DNA of 63,914 nucleotides, counting the filler, from Anaerolineae bacterium (GTDB lineage Bacteria; Chloroflexota; Anaerolineae; Epilineales; Epilineaceae): NCBI GenBank assembly GCA_029262755.1. It is 7 parts of 7 records of this genome, joined end to end, with 100 filler letters (N's around TTAATTAATTAA, not from the genome) between each part and the next. Parts side by side here need not be neighbours in the genome. Positions count along the whole stretch, not along the records: positions 1 to 16,844 come from JAJCYU010000330.1; positions 16,945 to 26,974 come from JAJCYU010000332.1; 5 more parts are not named here. The stretch is one strand, 5' to 3'. The notes beneath the pieces are model-generated. The model had not been told where the DNA came from, ran no database searches, and saw nothing but the letters and a program-made list of their open reading frames with translations. The translations under genes were made by a program, and so were the position numbers. Shown one piece after another: positions 9,247 to 19,426 of the stretch. Numbering within the stretch: position 1 is the stretch's first letter; every line of letters starts with the position of its first letter.

Positions 9247-12200
9247 CTACCCGTCCGCGAGGGCGACCGGGAGCCAGATCGGCGTGCGCGGCTCCAGGCT
9301 GCGGCCGCCGAGCAGCAGCGATGCTCTGCCCGTGTCGTGGCCGTATTCGAGCGTCACCATATGCGAGCCGCTCTCTGCCACGCGCACCGAAACCGTGTGC
9401 GTAGTCTCGCGCGCATCGTCCGGAGCCGGCATGTCGAGCAGCATGCGACCATCGACCCACAGCCGCACCGCGCCGTCGGTGCTCAGACGCCAGTCGCTCG
9501 AGCCGGCGGGCAGGGCCATCGTGCCGGTCGCGCGCAGCGAGAAGCCGTCCTCGGGCAGGTCTTCGAAGGGAGCGCCGGTACCCCAGTCGAGCGCGAGCCA
9601 CGGTGCGCCGACCACCGGAGCCGCTTGGCGTCGGACGTGGCGTGCCCCCTCAGCCAACCAGCGGTTTCCGTGGAACTCCAGGCGCCAGCCCTCCGGTGCG
9701 CGCGGCGCGAACGCCGCCACGCGGCGCGCCGCGAGATCGACCACCCACAGGCGGCCGTCCGGCGCGGCAGCAATCCCACGCGGCTCGCGGAAGGTGCCGC
9801 CGCCGCCTCCGGGACCGCCCCAGCTGCCGAGGAGCTCGCCCTCGGAGTCGAAGCATTGCACCCGATCGTTCGTGGTGCCGTTGATGCCGTCGTCCGTCGC
9901 GCACACCATGCCGTTGGCCGTCACGGTGACATCGGTGGGCCACGTGAAGCTGCCGTCCTCCACGCCGAGGCCGCCGAAGGCGCGCAGGAACGTGCCGTCC
10001 GCCTCGAAGGCCTGGATCCGATGGTTGAGCAGATCCGCGACGTAGACCGTGCCGTCCGCGGCTACCGCGATACCCTGCGGCGATCGCAGCTCGCCCGGCG
10101 CCTCGCCGCGGCGCCCCCACGTGCCAACGATGCGACCGTCGGCGGTGAATACCTGCACCCTGTCGTTGCCGCGATCGGTGACGAAGACCTGCCCGTCCGG
10201 CGCCACCGCGACACCGGCGGGGCCGACAAAGCGCGCTTCCTGCTGGCCGTAGCCTCCCCAGGACAGCTCAAAGACGCCGTCCGCGTCGAAGCGCTGCACG
10301 CGGTGGTTGCCCAGATCCGCGACGTACACGCGCCCGTCCGGCGCCACCGCCACGTCGGCCGGCGCGACGAAGCGTCCGCGCCCGTCGCCCGTGGAGCCCC
10401 AGGCGAGCTCGAAGGCGCCGTCGGGGCTGAAGCGTTGGATGCGGTCGTTGCCCGTGTCGGCCACGTACAAGCGGCCGTCCGCCGCCACGCTGGCACCCTC
10501 CGGCGACTTCAGACGCCCCTCGCCCAGTGGCGAGACGCCGACGAGGCCGATGGCTTCGCCGTCGGGGTTCAGGCGCTGGACGCGATCGTTGCCGGTATCG
10601 GCCACGAGCAGATCGCCTTCGGCGGTCCAGGCAAGACCGCCGGGGCTGTCGAGCTCGCCGCCGCCCACGCCGCGCAGGCCGAAGACCGCGTCGACGTTCA
10701 TGTCCGCATCCAAGCGCTGAATGCGGTGGTTGAGCTGGTCTGCGACGAACAGCGCGCCGTCGGACCCGACCACGAGATCCGAGGGCCGCGAGAACTGTCC
10801 CGGCTCGTGCCCGAAGGCCCCGACCTTGCCCAGGAAGCCGCCCTGCGCGTCGAACCACTGCACGCGGTGGTTACGCTGATCGGCCACGAACACGCGTCCG
10901 TCCGACGCCACCGCGATACCCGTCGGGTCGCTGAAGGAGCCGTCCGCCGCACCGGGATCGCCCCAGATGCCAAGGACCGCGCCTTGATCGTCGAGATGCT
11001 GGACGCGATGGTTGCCGCTATCCGCCACGAACAACGTGCCGTCCGGCGCCACCGCCAAGCCCTCGGGACCGTCGAAGCGGCCGGGCGCGTTGCCGTAGCC
11101 GCCCCACACGTCACGCACCGCGCCGTCCGGGCTGACGTGCTGGATGCGGTGGTTGAGCGTGTCGGCCACGAAGAGCGAGCCGTCCGTCCCAACGGCCACA
11201 TCGCCTGGCGCCAGGAACTGCCCCGGCGCGGTGCCGTAGGCGCCGATCACACCGAGGTGGTAGCCCTCGGGGCTGAAGAACTGGATGCGATGGTTCTCGG
11301 TATCGGCCGCGTAGATGGTGCCGTCCGCGCCGACGCTGACCCCGCCGGGGCTGTTGAACTGCCCCTCCCCGCTGCCACGCGCCCCCCACGTGCCGCGAAA
11401 CACGCCGTCCGCGGCCAGGTGCTGCACGCGGCCGTTGCCGCGCTCGGCCACGTAGAAGGCACCGTCGGGCGCAACCGCGATGCCCCACGGCGACAAGAAC
11501 TGCCGCACGCCGCGGCCGGCCTCGCCCCAGCTGTCCTCGAGACGTCCGTCGGGCAGGAAGCGCTGGACACGGTGGTTGTCGCGGTCGCTGACCAAGATGC
11601 GGCCCGCGCCGTCCACGGCGACACCGACGGGATGGCTCAGCTGACCGGGCTCCGAGCCTTGGCGGCCGATGGCGCCGGTCGGGGCCAGGTCGGGCGCGAA
11701 GCCCTGCACGCGGTGGTGGAAGGTGTCGGCCACCCAGACCGTGCCGTTGGGCGCCACCGCGACATCGTGCGGCTTGCGCAACAGCGCCGGACTCCCGCCA
11801 TCGCCTGCGCCGCCGAACGCGACGGGATCGGCGCCGGTCGGGCCGAAGCGTTGGATGCGGTCGTTGCCGGTGTCGGCGACGAACACGCTGCCGTCCACCG
11901 CCACCGCCAGCCCCGCCGGCTCGTTCAGCTCGCCCAGACCGGAGCCCTGGCTGCCGAAGGCACCGAGAAAGTGACCGTCGGCCGTGAAGCGCTGAATGCG
12001 ATGGTTGCCCGTGTCCGCTACGTACACGCTGCCGTCCGGCGCCGTAGCCAAGCCGAGCGGGCCGGCCATCCGGCCTTCCGCGCGTCCGCCGTCTCCCCAG
12101 GTGCCTAGAAATGAGCCGCTGGCGGAGAAGCGCTGCACGCGATCGTTGCGCGAGTCCGCGACGTAGACCGAGCCGTCCGGCCCTACGGTGATCGCCGTCG

Positions 12201-12387
12201 GGGCGTCGAATTGGCCGACGACATCTTGGGCGCCCAGATCGAATAGGTGCGCCATCGGTAAGGTCGCCGCGACGGGATCGCGGGTGGCGTCTTGCGCGCG
12301 CAGGCTCGGGGCGTCGGCACGTACGGCGCAGACGGCAACGAGCACGATGGCGAGCGCGAAGGGCCCTGGGGTGGGGCGGCTGCGCAT
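9247..12387 (-). CDS. Exported protein with 18 NHL repeats and a C-terminal PA14-like domain
   Basis: Signal peptide, 18 VADxxNxRxQ repeats, DWGTGAP...DGFSLR...STDGAVRLWVDG, C-terminal PIWLPVA. Confidence 0.9.
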   Translation of the reverse strand: MRSRPTPGPFALAIVLVAVCAVRADAPSLRAQDATRDPVAATLPMAHLFDLGAQDVVGQFDAPTAITVGPDGSVYVADSRNDRVQRFSASGSFLGTWGDGGRAEGRMAGPLGLATAPDGSVYVADTGNHRIQRFTADGHFLGAFGSQGSGLGELNEPAGLAVAVDGSVFVADTGNDRIQRFGPTGADPVAFGGAGDGGSPALLRKPHDVAVAPNGTVWVADTFHHRVQGFAPDLAPTGAIGRQGSEPGQLSHPVGVAVDGAGRILVSDRDNHRVQRFLPDGRLEDSWGEAGRGVRQFLSPWGIAVAPDGAFYVAERGNGRVQHLAADGVFRGTWGARGSGEGQFNSPGGVSVGADGTIYAADTENHRIQFFSPEGYHLGVIGAYGTAPGQFLAPGDVAVGTDGSLFVADTLNHRIQHVSPDGAVRDVWGGYGNAPGRFDGPEGLAVAPDGTLFVADSGNHRVQHLDDQGAVLGIWGDPGAADGSFSDPTGIAVASDGRVFVADQRNHRVQWFDAQGGFLGKVGAFGHEPGQFSRPSDLVVGSDGALFVADQLNHRIQRLDADMNVDAVFGLRGVGGGELDSPGGLAWTAEGDLLVADTGNDRVQRLNPDGEAIGLVGVSPLGEGRLKSPEGASVAADGRLYVADTGNDRIQRFSPDGAFELAWGSTGDGRGRFVAPADVAVAPDGRVYVADLGNHRVQRFDADGVFELSWGGYGQQEARFVGPAGVAVAPDGQVFVTDRGNDRVQVFTADGRIVGTWGRRGEAPGELRSPQGIAVAADGTVYVADLLNHRIQAFEADGTFLRAFGGLGVEDGSFTWPTDVTVTANGMVCATDDGINGTTNDRVQCFDSEGELLGSWGGPGGGGGTFREPRGIAAAPDGRLWVVDLAARRVAAFAPRAPEGWRLEFHGNRWLAEGARHVRRQAAPVVGAPWLALDWGTGAPFEDLPEDGFSLRATGTMALPAGSSDWRLSTDGAVRLWVDGRMLLDMPAPDDARETTHTVSVRVAESGSHMVTLEYGHDTGRASLLLGGRSLEPRTPIWLPVALADG

Positions 12388-12558
12388 GGGGCAAGCTTCC
12401 GTCGGTGGGGGCGGCGGAACAAGAAGGTGGGGCGCCGCGACGAGCGCCCCGCGCCGGAGGATAACAGAGCGACCCGCGTGTTACAATCGCGCGCACGGCC
12501 TTTCGGCCTTCTCGCGACGGGTCGTTCGCCGCGGCTTCTCCACCCCAGGGAGACCTCC

Positions 12559-13563
12559 ATGAGCGCAGCCCCGCACCGGCGCATCGCCTTCATCGGGGCG
12601 GGCGTCATGGGCGCCCCGATGGCGCGCCACCTGCTCGACGCGGGCCACGAGGTCGTCGTGCATACGCGCAGCCCGGCGAAGGCCGGACCGCTCATGGACG
12701 CCGGCGCGATCCTGGCCACCTCGCCCGCCGCCGCGGCGCGCGACGCGGACGTCGTGATCACGATCGTCGGCTTCCCGGAGGACGTCCGCCGCTGCTACCT
12801 CGGCGCGCCGGACGGCGACGAAGGCATCGTGGCCGTCGCATCGCGCGGCGCGCTCCTGATCGACATGACCACGAGCAGCCCCTCGCTGGCACGCGAGATT
12901 CACGTCGCGGCCGCCGCGCGCGGCGCGGACGCGCTGGACGCACCGGTCTCCGGCGGCGACGTCGGCGCGCGCGCCGCCACGCTGTCGATCATGGTCGGCG
13001 GCGACGAACCGGCCTACACCCGTGCGCTCCCGATCCTGGAACGCCTCGGCCGCACCATCGTGCGCCAAGGCGGCCCCGGAGCGGGCCAGCACGCCAAAAT
13101 GTGCAACCAGATCGCGATCGCCGGCACCATGCTCGGCGTCTGCGAAGCCCTGGCCTACGCGCGCTCCGCGGACCTCGACCCGACCACGCTCCTGTCCTCC
13201 ATCGGCGCCGGCGCAGCCGGCAGCTGGACGATGGACAACCTCGTCCCCCGCATGATCCAAGCCGATTGGGCCCCCGGCTTCTACGTCCGCCACTTCCTCA
13301 AGGACCTCGGCATCGCGATCGACGAAGCCGAGCGCATGGGCCTCGACCTACCCGGCCTGACCCTCGCGCGCTCGCTCTACGAGCGGCTGCGCGACGAGGT
13401 CGACGGCGGAGCGGATATGGGGACGCAGGCGCTCGCGCTGTTGTGGGCCGACGCGGGGGTGGATGCGGGGGTAGACGCTGGGTTGGACGATCGGGCGGAC
13501 GCGGGGTCGGAAGGTGGGTCGATGGACGCGACGGCCACCGGATCCGCGACGGGCGTCGTCTGA
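12559..13563 (+). CDS. NAD(P)-dependent beta-hydroxyacid dehydrogenase (3-hydroxyisobutyrate dehydrogenase family)
   Basis: IAFIGAGVMG, DAPVSGG, GQHAKMCNQ and KDL motifs, GGAG RBS. Confidence 0.9.
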   Translation: MSAAPHRRIAFIGAGVMGAPMARHLLDAGHEVVVHTRSPAKAGPLMDAGAILATSPAAAARDADVVITIVGFPEDVRRCYLGAPDGDEGIVAVASRGALLIDMTTSSPSLAREIHVAAAARGADALDAPVSGGDVGARAATLSIMVGGDEPAYTRALPILERLGRTIVRQGGPGAGQHAKMCNQIAIAGTMLGVCEALAYARSADLDPTTLLSSIGAGAAGSWTMDNLVPRMIQADWAPGFYVRHFLKDLGIAIDEAERMGLDLPGLTLARSLYERLRDEVDGGADMGTQALALLWADAGVDAGVDAGLDDRADAGSEGGSMDATATGSATGVV

Positions 13564-16088
13564 GTCTGCATACCCAGCGCACCCGCGCGCCGCGTCACGA
13601 CCAGCCAGCCACTGCCCCGCCCCTCGTCGCCTTCCGCGATGCGCATCCACGGCTCTAGTGCGCGATCCACCGCGAAGAGCACGCGCCACGCGCCCCCCAG
13701 CAGCCGGCCGATCCCCCGCCCGCGCCGCCAGCCGCGGGCCATGCGCGCCGCGCGGCGCCGCGTCCCCACGGGTCCGACGAGCGCCGAGCGTTGGATGAGG
13801 CGGTCATAGATCCGTCCAAAGGGCCAACCCCATCCAGTCCACGTCTCGACCTCCAGCCCCGCGCCGGCGACCAACGCTTCGAGCGCCCGCCGCCCGTACC
13901 GCCGCCGATGTCCCACCGAGCGATCGAGCGCCCCGAGCCGCGACGGCCCAGCCGGCACGCTCAACACGACGGCCCCACCGGGCGACACGACGCGCGCGAG
14001 CTCCGCGGCCGCCCGATCGTCGCGCGCCACGTGCTCGAGCACCTCGCCGCACGCGATGCCGGCAAGGCGGGGACGCGTGGCCGGTGGGTGTGTGAGCGCT
14101 GCCGGTACGGGAAGCAGGGGTGACGGCGAGGACGGTGAGGGCAGGGATGCGGGCGTGACGGATGCGGGCGAGACGGAAACAAGGGGCCATCTGGCTGTCG
14201 AGCGCTCGTCCCCACGCGCTCCGTCGCGCAACGGCAACGCGCAAAGGTCCGCCACGAATGGCAGCAGTCGATCGCCGCCCCGCGTGATGCGCGCGCGGGC
14301 ACGCAGCCGCCGAACGCGTACGATATCGACGTCGCACGCCAGGACGTGCCGCGCAGGATCGGTCGCCACAAGGCGGAGTGCGAGGGAGCCATCGCCGCAG
14401 CCGGCATCCAGGAGGTCTGCGGGGGCCGGGGCCGCGGCAGGGGCGGGCACGTCCGCTGGGTCGACGACGTCCGAATGGGCAGGGACGCGGGTAGGGTGGG
14501 ACGTGTCGGCACGGCGGGAAACGGCGGCAGCGTCGGCGAGGTCCGCAGGGTCGGAAACGTCCGGAGCGTCGACCACGTTCGAACGGTCGACCAAGTCCGC
14601 AGCGTTGACCACGCCCGCACGGTCGACCAAGTCCGCAGCGTCGACCAAGTCCGCAGCGTCTACCACGTCCGCACGGTCGACCACGCCCGCAACCGTCGGG
14701 AGGACCGCGGTGTCCGTCCGCTCGCTGCGGTCGGCGGCGTCCAAGTTGCCGGTTCGCCGGTCGAGGTCGTGGCCGACCGCCTGCGCGAGAAGCGTGGCGA
14801 CGCGCGCAATGCGGTCGACGTGGCGGGGCCCGATCGCGCGATCGTGATCGGCGACGAGTCCTTCGAGCAGCCGGCGCAGCGTGGCACCTTGCGGCACGGG
14901 CGCAAAGCGCGTCCGGTGCGCCGCGGCTCCGGCCGACGCGAGCCGTGCCCGGCGCTCGGGATCGGACGCGAGCGCGGCGATCGCGTCGGCCAGCGCGCGC
15001 GGATCGGCGCAGGGCACGACGGCGAGCTCGGGCTGCGCAGGCGCCCCATGCTTCGCATCCACCGCGAGCAGCTCGCGCACGGCCGGGGTGTCGCCCGTCA
15101 GCACGGGGCGGCCGGCGGCCAGCGCCGCGTGGACCTTGTAGGGCACGACGCGCTGCGCCTTGGCCGATGCGCCGAAGATGCCGAGGCACAGGTCCGCGCG
15201 CGCGACGTGGCCGGCGACCAGGGCGCCTTCGTCCATCCACGTATCGTGGAAGCGCACGTTCGGCAGGCCCAGCACACTCGCACGCTCGCGCGCGGCCGTA
15301 AGCCCCTGGCCGCGGCCGACGAGCGTGAACCGAATGTCCATGCGGGTGCGCATCATTGCCGCTGCGTCGAGCATCACGTCGACGCCGTGCAAGGGGATGT
15401 ACTGCCCGACGTAGAGCACGGAGAAGGGCTGGCTCGCGTCGATTTCCGCGGGCATTCGGGCGCGATACGCAGCCGCGGCGCGCCAGGCTGCGCGAGCGCC
15501 AACGGGCAGCACGTGGATGCGCGTCGCGGGCACGCTGAGCTCCGCGCTCCAGGCCGCACGGTGACTTGGGGTGTCGGAGAGAATCCGATCCGGCAGCGCG
15601 AACAGTCGGCGCTCCGCGGCGCGCAGGAGCCGTGCGCGCGGTGCGTCGTCAGGCAGCAGGCCCCGATCGCGAACCGTCTCGCCGATCGAGACGAGCGGGT
15701 CGAACACGAGCGGAAGGCCGGCGCGATCCGCCACGCGCCGCGCCAGCGGCAGGTCCACGTGTCCCGTCGCGCCGACGAGGACCACGTCGCACGAAGGCGC
15801 GAGACGCCGCGCTTGGCGCTCCAAGGACCACTGCGCGCGCGCCCAACGCGCTGCGAGCGCGGCCGTCGCGACCGGACCCGCGCCGCGCGCGGCGGCGAGC
15901 TTGTCCTCCGTGTCGCGCCAAAGCGGGACGTGGCACACCACCCGCTCGATCCCGACCGCGGCCATCGCCTCGCCCAGGATCGCGTTGCGCCCGACGCCAC
16001 GGTCGAAGGTGCCCAGGTGCAAGACGCGCAGCGGACGGATCCCGTCCCACGCCGCGCGCGCGGGATAGGATGCGGCGCTCACGCGCAT
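13377..16088 (-). CDS. GT4 glycosyltransferase fused to a class I SAM methyltransferase via a repeat linker
   Basis: LYVGQYIPLHG, LGIFG..KAQRVVPYK, then LLDAGCGDG and CGEVLEHV. Confidence 0.75.
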   Translation of the reverse strand: MRVSAASYPARAAWDGIRPLRVLHLGTFDRGVGRNAILGEAMAAVGIERVVCHVPLWRDTEDKLAAARGAGPVATAALAARWARAQWSLERQARRLAPSCDVVLVGATGHVDLPLARRVADRAGLPLVFDPLVSIGETVRDRGLLPDDAPRARLLRAAERRLFALPDRILSDTPSHRAAWSAELSVPATRIHVLPVGARAAWRAAAAYRARMPAEIDASQPFSVLYVGQYIPLHGVDVMLDAAAMMRTRMDIRFTLVGRGQGLTAARERASVLGLPNVRFHDTWMDEGALVAGHVARADLCLGIFGASAKAQRVVPYKVHAALAAGRPVLTGDTPAVRELLAVDAKHGAPAQPELAVVPCADPRALADAIAALASDPERRARLASAGAAAHRTRFAPVPQGATLRRLLEGLVADHDRAIGPRHVDRIARVATLLAQAVGHDLDRRTGNLDAADRSERTDTAVLPTVAGVVDRADVVDAADLVDAADLVDRAGVVNAADLVDRSNVVDAPDVSDPADLADAAAVSRRADTSHPTRVPAHSDVVDPADVPAPAAAPAPADLLDAGCGDGSLALRLVATDPARHVLACDVDIVRVRRLRARARITRGGDRLLPFVADLCALPLRDGARGDERSTARWPLVSVSPASVTPASLPSPSSPSPLLPVPAALTHPPATRPRLAGIACGEVLEHVARDDRAAAELARVVSPGGAVVLSVPAGPSRLGALDRSVGHRRRYGRRALEALVAGAGLEVETWTGWGWPFGRIYDRLIQRSALVGPVGTRRRAARMARGWRRGRGIGRLLGGAWRVLFAVDRALEPWMRIAEGDEGRGSGWLVVTRRAGALGMQTQTTPVADPVAVASIDPPSDPASARSSNPASTPASTPASAHNSASACVPISAPPSTSSRSRS
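14520..14700. repeat. Degenerate 18-bp tandem repeat encoding hexapeptides (ADLVDA/ADVVDR)
   Basis: Repeated GTCGACCAAGTCCGCAGC-like units within the GT4-MTase linker; boundaries approximate. Confidence 0.8.
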
Positions 16089-16373
16089 TCGGCCTCGGCA
16101 GCGCTGCAGGCTGCCGTGGTTGCGGATCTCATCGTCGACGTGATTGTGATCATGGACGGGATCGTTGCCGGATCTGGAGTCAGGTCGGGTCGGGTCGGGT
16201 CCTCAACGCAGGCGTCCTCGAAGTCTTCGCGTTATGCGGGGACGTTGAGGTTGACGTCGGCGCAGCTCTGTCGGCTACGGCGAACGCTTCGACACCGACA
16301 GTCTATTCCGCCTGCTGGTCGACCTGCGATTCCGCCTGTGCTAGGGCGGTCGGCTTCGCGATCGCGCCGCCGC

Positions 16374-16844
16374 TCAGAGGGTCGTGCGTCGTACGATCAC
16401 GTCGGCGAGCAGGCCGATGACCAGAACCTGCAGACCCGTCACCAACAGCGCCAACGTCGTCCCTGCCAAGGGCGGGACCGGCCAGACTGGGCCGTAGCGC
16501 AGGAGGATGTCCCAGCCGATGTACTTCAGCGTGCCGAGGCCCATCAGGCTGAGCGCGAGCGGCAGGAAGATCTTGAGCGGGTTGAAATACATGACCGTGC
16601 GAACCGCGAGCATCAGATAGTTGTAGCTGTCGCGCACGGGGTGAAAGGTGCTGCGGCCCACCCGCGGAAAGTAGTCGATGGGCGTCCAGCGCACGAGGTA
16701 GCCGTTGGCCAGGAAGGCGATCGTGATCGTGCTGACCCACGAGTGCGTGGTGGGCAGGATCGACAGGAAGCGCATCGTGGCGTCGCGGCGCTGTACGCGC
16801 AGGCCGGAGTTGAGGTCGGGGATGCGCGAGCCGGTCATGAACTC
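16374..16844 (-). CDS. GT2 glycosyltransferase, C-terminal part (5'-truncated by gap)
   Basis: IPDLNSGLR, PIDYFPRVGRS and FNPLKIF motifs, two C-terminal TM helices. Confidence 0.85.
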   Translation of the reverse strand, partial: EFMTGSRIPDLNSGLRVQRRDATMRFLSILPTTHSWVSTITIAFLANGYLVRWTPIDYFPRVGRSTFHPVRDSYNYLMLAVRTVMYFNPLKIFLPLALSLMGLGTLKYIGWDILLRYGPVWPVPPLAGTTLALLVTGLQVLVIGLLADVIVRRTTL

Positions 16845-16944
16845 NNNNNNNNNNNNNNNNNNNNNNNNNNNNNNNNNNNNNNNNNNNNTTAATTAATTAA
16901 NNNNNNNNNNNNNNNNNNNNNNNNNNNNNNNNNNNNNNNNNNNN
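16845..16944. other. Artificial contig linker N44-TTAATTAATTAA-N44 (also at 26975-27074, 34411-34510, 51993-52092, 55601-55700, 61085-61184)
   Basis: Identical 100-nt spacer containing stops in all frames. Confidence 0.97.
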
Positions 16945-19176
16945 GACGCCGGCTTGCAGGGGCACATCTACCTCCGAAGCAACCTCGCCTTCTGAATCGC
17001 TAGCGCCGTGCGATCCGCTCCCGAGCTGTGATTCGATCGCGCCGTCCGACCCTCGCGCCGCGCCCGATCCATCGCCCGATCCATCGCCCGGTGTCGCCGG
17101 ATCCGTGTGCCAGCCGTTGATCTCCGCGAGCACCGCCTCCATCTGCGGCTCCCCGTGCTTCGTCTCGGGGTACCACCAGTCCAGCGCGCGCAGGGGCGCA
17201 TCGCGCGGGTCGTCGCTCGCCTCCGCCTTGGCCTTGAGACGCAGCGCGAGCTGGTGGATGAACCAGGCCTCGCTGCGCGCATCTCCGGGCGGCGACACGG
17301 CCTTTTCGCGCCATTGCAGCATGCGCTGCGTCTGCGTGAACGAGCCCTCCTTCTCGGCGTGGCCGGCCGCGGCCATCAAGAAGACCTCCGTTTCGATGTC
17401 CTCCGTCACGAGCTCGCCGCGCTCGATCTCGGGCGCGTCTCGCCAAAACGTGGCCGTCTCAATCTCGACCAGGTCGCGCACGACGAGCCACTTGAGCTTG
17501 GCTAAAGCCTTGCGCTCGAAGCGCGCATGCTGGGCGCCGACTGCCGGGTTCTGACCCATCACGAACAGCCCCTCCACCAGGCCGTCCATCATCTCCGCGA
17601 AGTAGGCGAAGTGGCTGTGGTCGCGCGTGATACGCGGCAAGAGCGCGAAGCCCCAGTCGTTGTCGGCGCGGGCATACCGGCCGTACCAGGCCTTCAGGAG
17701 GCTCACCATGTACTTGGGCGTGTGGTGCCACCAACCCGCGGTGGGGGCGTGCTTGTCATAATACTGCGCAAGCGTCCCGTCTTCTTTCGCCGGCATGGGC
17801 AGGTAGCCGGGCAGGTTGTTGTAGAGCGTCGGGATGTCGGTCGAGCCCTGGATCGAGGCGTGGCCGCGCAGCGCCAAGATACCGCCGCCCGGGCGGCCGA
17901 TGTTGCCAAGCAGCAATTGGAGGATGGCGGCCGCACGGATGACCTGGACGCCCTTCGAGTGATGGGTCCAGCCCACGGCGTAGCACAGGGCGGACGTGCG
18001 ATCCCGTCCGCTGTTGGTCATCAGCGCTTCGGCGATGCGTGCCTGATCGGCCTCCGATACCCCGCTTACCCGCGCGACCATCTCCGGCGTGTAGCGGGCG
18101 AAGTGGCGGCGCAGCACCTGGAGCACGCAGCGCTCGTCCTCCATGGTGGGATCGCGCTCCGGGGTCGCGAGGCCCCCGGCGTACATCCAGCTTGCATCGT
18201 CGTAGCGCCGTGTTACGGGGTCCCAGCCGCTGAACAGGCCGTCCAGGTCCTCCGTGTCGCGGAAGTCTTCGCCGACGATGTAGGTCGCGTTGGTGTAGTG
18301 GCGCACGTACTCCTCGAAGTAGCGGCCGCTCTCGATCACCGTGCGGATGATTCCGCCCAGCAGCGCGATGTCGCCGCCGGCCCGGATCGGCGCCCAGATG
18401 TCGGCCATCGCGCTGGTGCGGCTGAAGCGCGGATCGACGTGGATGATCACGGCGCCGCGTTCCTTGGCCTTCATGACCCACTGGAAGCCGACGGGGTGCG
18501 CCTCGGCCATCGAGCTGCCTTGGATGAGGATGCAGTCGGCGTTGGCCAGATCCTGCTGCGCGGTCGTAGCCCCGCCGCGCCCTAACGTGGTGCCCAGACC
18601 GGGCACCGTGGAGGCGTGTCAGATGCGCGCCTGATTGCTCACCGGCACGATGCCCAGACCGCCGGTGAAGAGCTTCTTGATCAGGTAATTCTCTTCGTTG
18701 TCGAGCGTCGCACCGCCAAGATGGGCGATGTTCGTGGTGTGGCCCACCGCGTGTCCGTCTTCCTCCTCGACCCACCGCGTGCGCCGGCTGTTCCACACCA
18801 GCTCCGCGATGCGGTCCATCGCCGCTTCCAGTGGCACCTGCGTCCACGTGCGCGCTCCCGGCGCCCGGTGCAGGATGGTCGTCAGCCGTCCTTCGTGGGT
18901 GAGCAGCTGGTGGCTCGCTGCGCCCTTCGGGCAGAGCGCGCCGCCGCTTACGATGCTCTCCGGATCCCCTTCGATGGCCACCAGCTTGTCGTCGCGGTGA
19001 TGCACGAGCTGCCCGCAGCCGACCGCGCAGTAGGGGCACACCGAACGCGCCGTCTTCGTGCCGCTGGTGCGGGCGTGTAGCGTGCGCGTACGCTGTGTCA
19101 TCGACGCCGGACCGCTGGGATCCGCGCCGCGCAGCTGTTGGATGAGCGGCCAGTTGGCGAGCCAAGACGGCGACAT
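16945..19176 (-). CDS. fdnG: Formate dehydrogenase alpha subunit (Mo/W-bisPGD), selenoprotein with Sec at TGA 18619-18621; 3'-truncated
   Basis: CPYCAVGC...LCPKG [4Fe-4S] motif. SNQARI-TGA-HASTVPGLG matches FdnG NQARVUHGPTV. Also AEAHPVGF and LRGHASIQGSTD. Confidence 0.93.
18589..18607 (-). promoter_or_regulatory. SECIS element of formate dehydrogenase
   Basis: GGUGCCC-GGUCU-GGGCACC hairpin starting 11 nt after the UGA, like E. coli fdhF/fdnG SECIS. Confidence 0.9.
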
Positions 19177-19426
19177 GGGCCACGCTCCTTCAAGAGGCGA
19201 GATGGAGATACGGTAACGCCGCTACGGGCGTCCCAGCCACGGCTGTGCGCGTGTAACGGCCTCGCGGAAGTATCCCCCGCGCTGTCCCCGCCGTTGACCG
19301 CACCATGGCACCCCCGTATCATCGCCGCGTTCGATCCCACACGCCAACGCTCGGGCACAGGACTGCCGGCCGAGCGGACGAGCACCCGCCACGCCGGCCC
19401 TTCCTTGCCCGCCTCGGAGAATCGCC

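Noticed and set aside
9112..12108. 998-aa plus-strand ORF and other long antisense ORFs (14346..16892, 5957..7804, 46707..48779)
   Set aside because: Shadow ORFs of well-supported opposite-strand genes in GC-rich DNA, with no motifs.
14520..14700. Tandem repeats as a CRISPR array
   Set aside because: 18-bp contiguous in-frame coding units with no unique spacers and no cas genes.
4385..18621. TGA reassignment (genetic code 4 or 25) to explain the in-frame TGAs
   Set aside because: TGA ends normal genes here (for example rplQ), Trp is encoded by TGG, and both in-frame TGAs fall on catalytic Cys columns with downstream hairpins.
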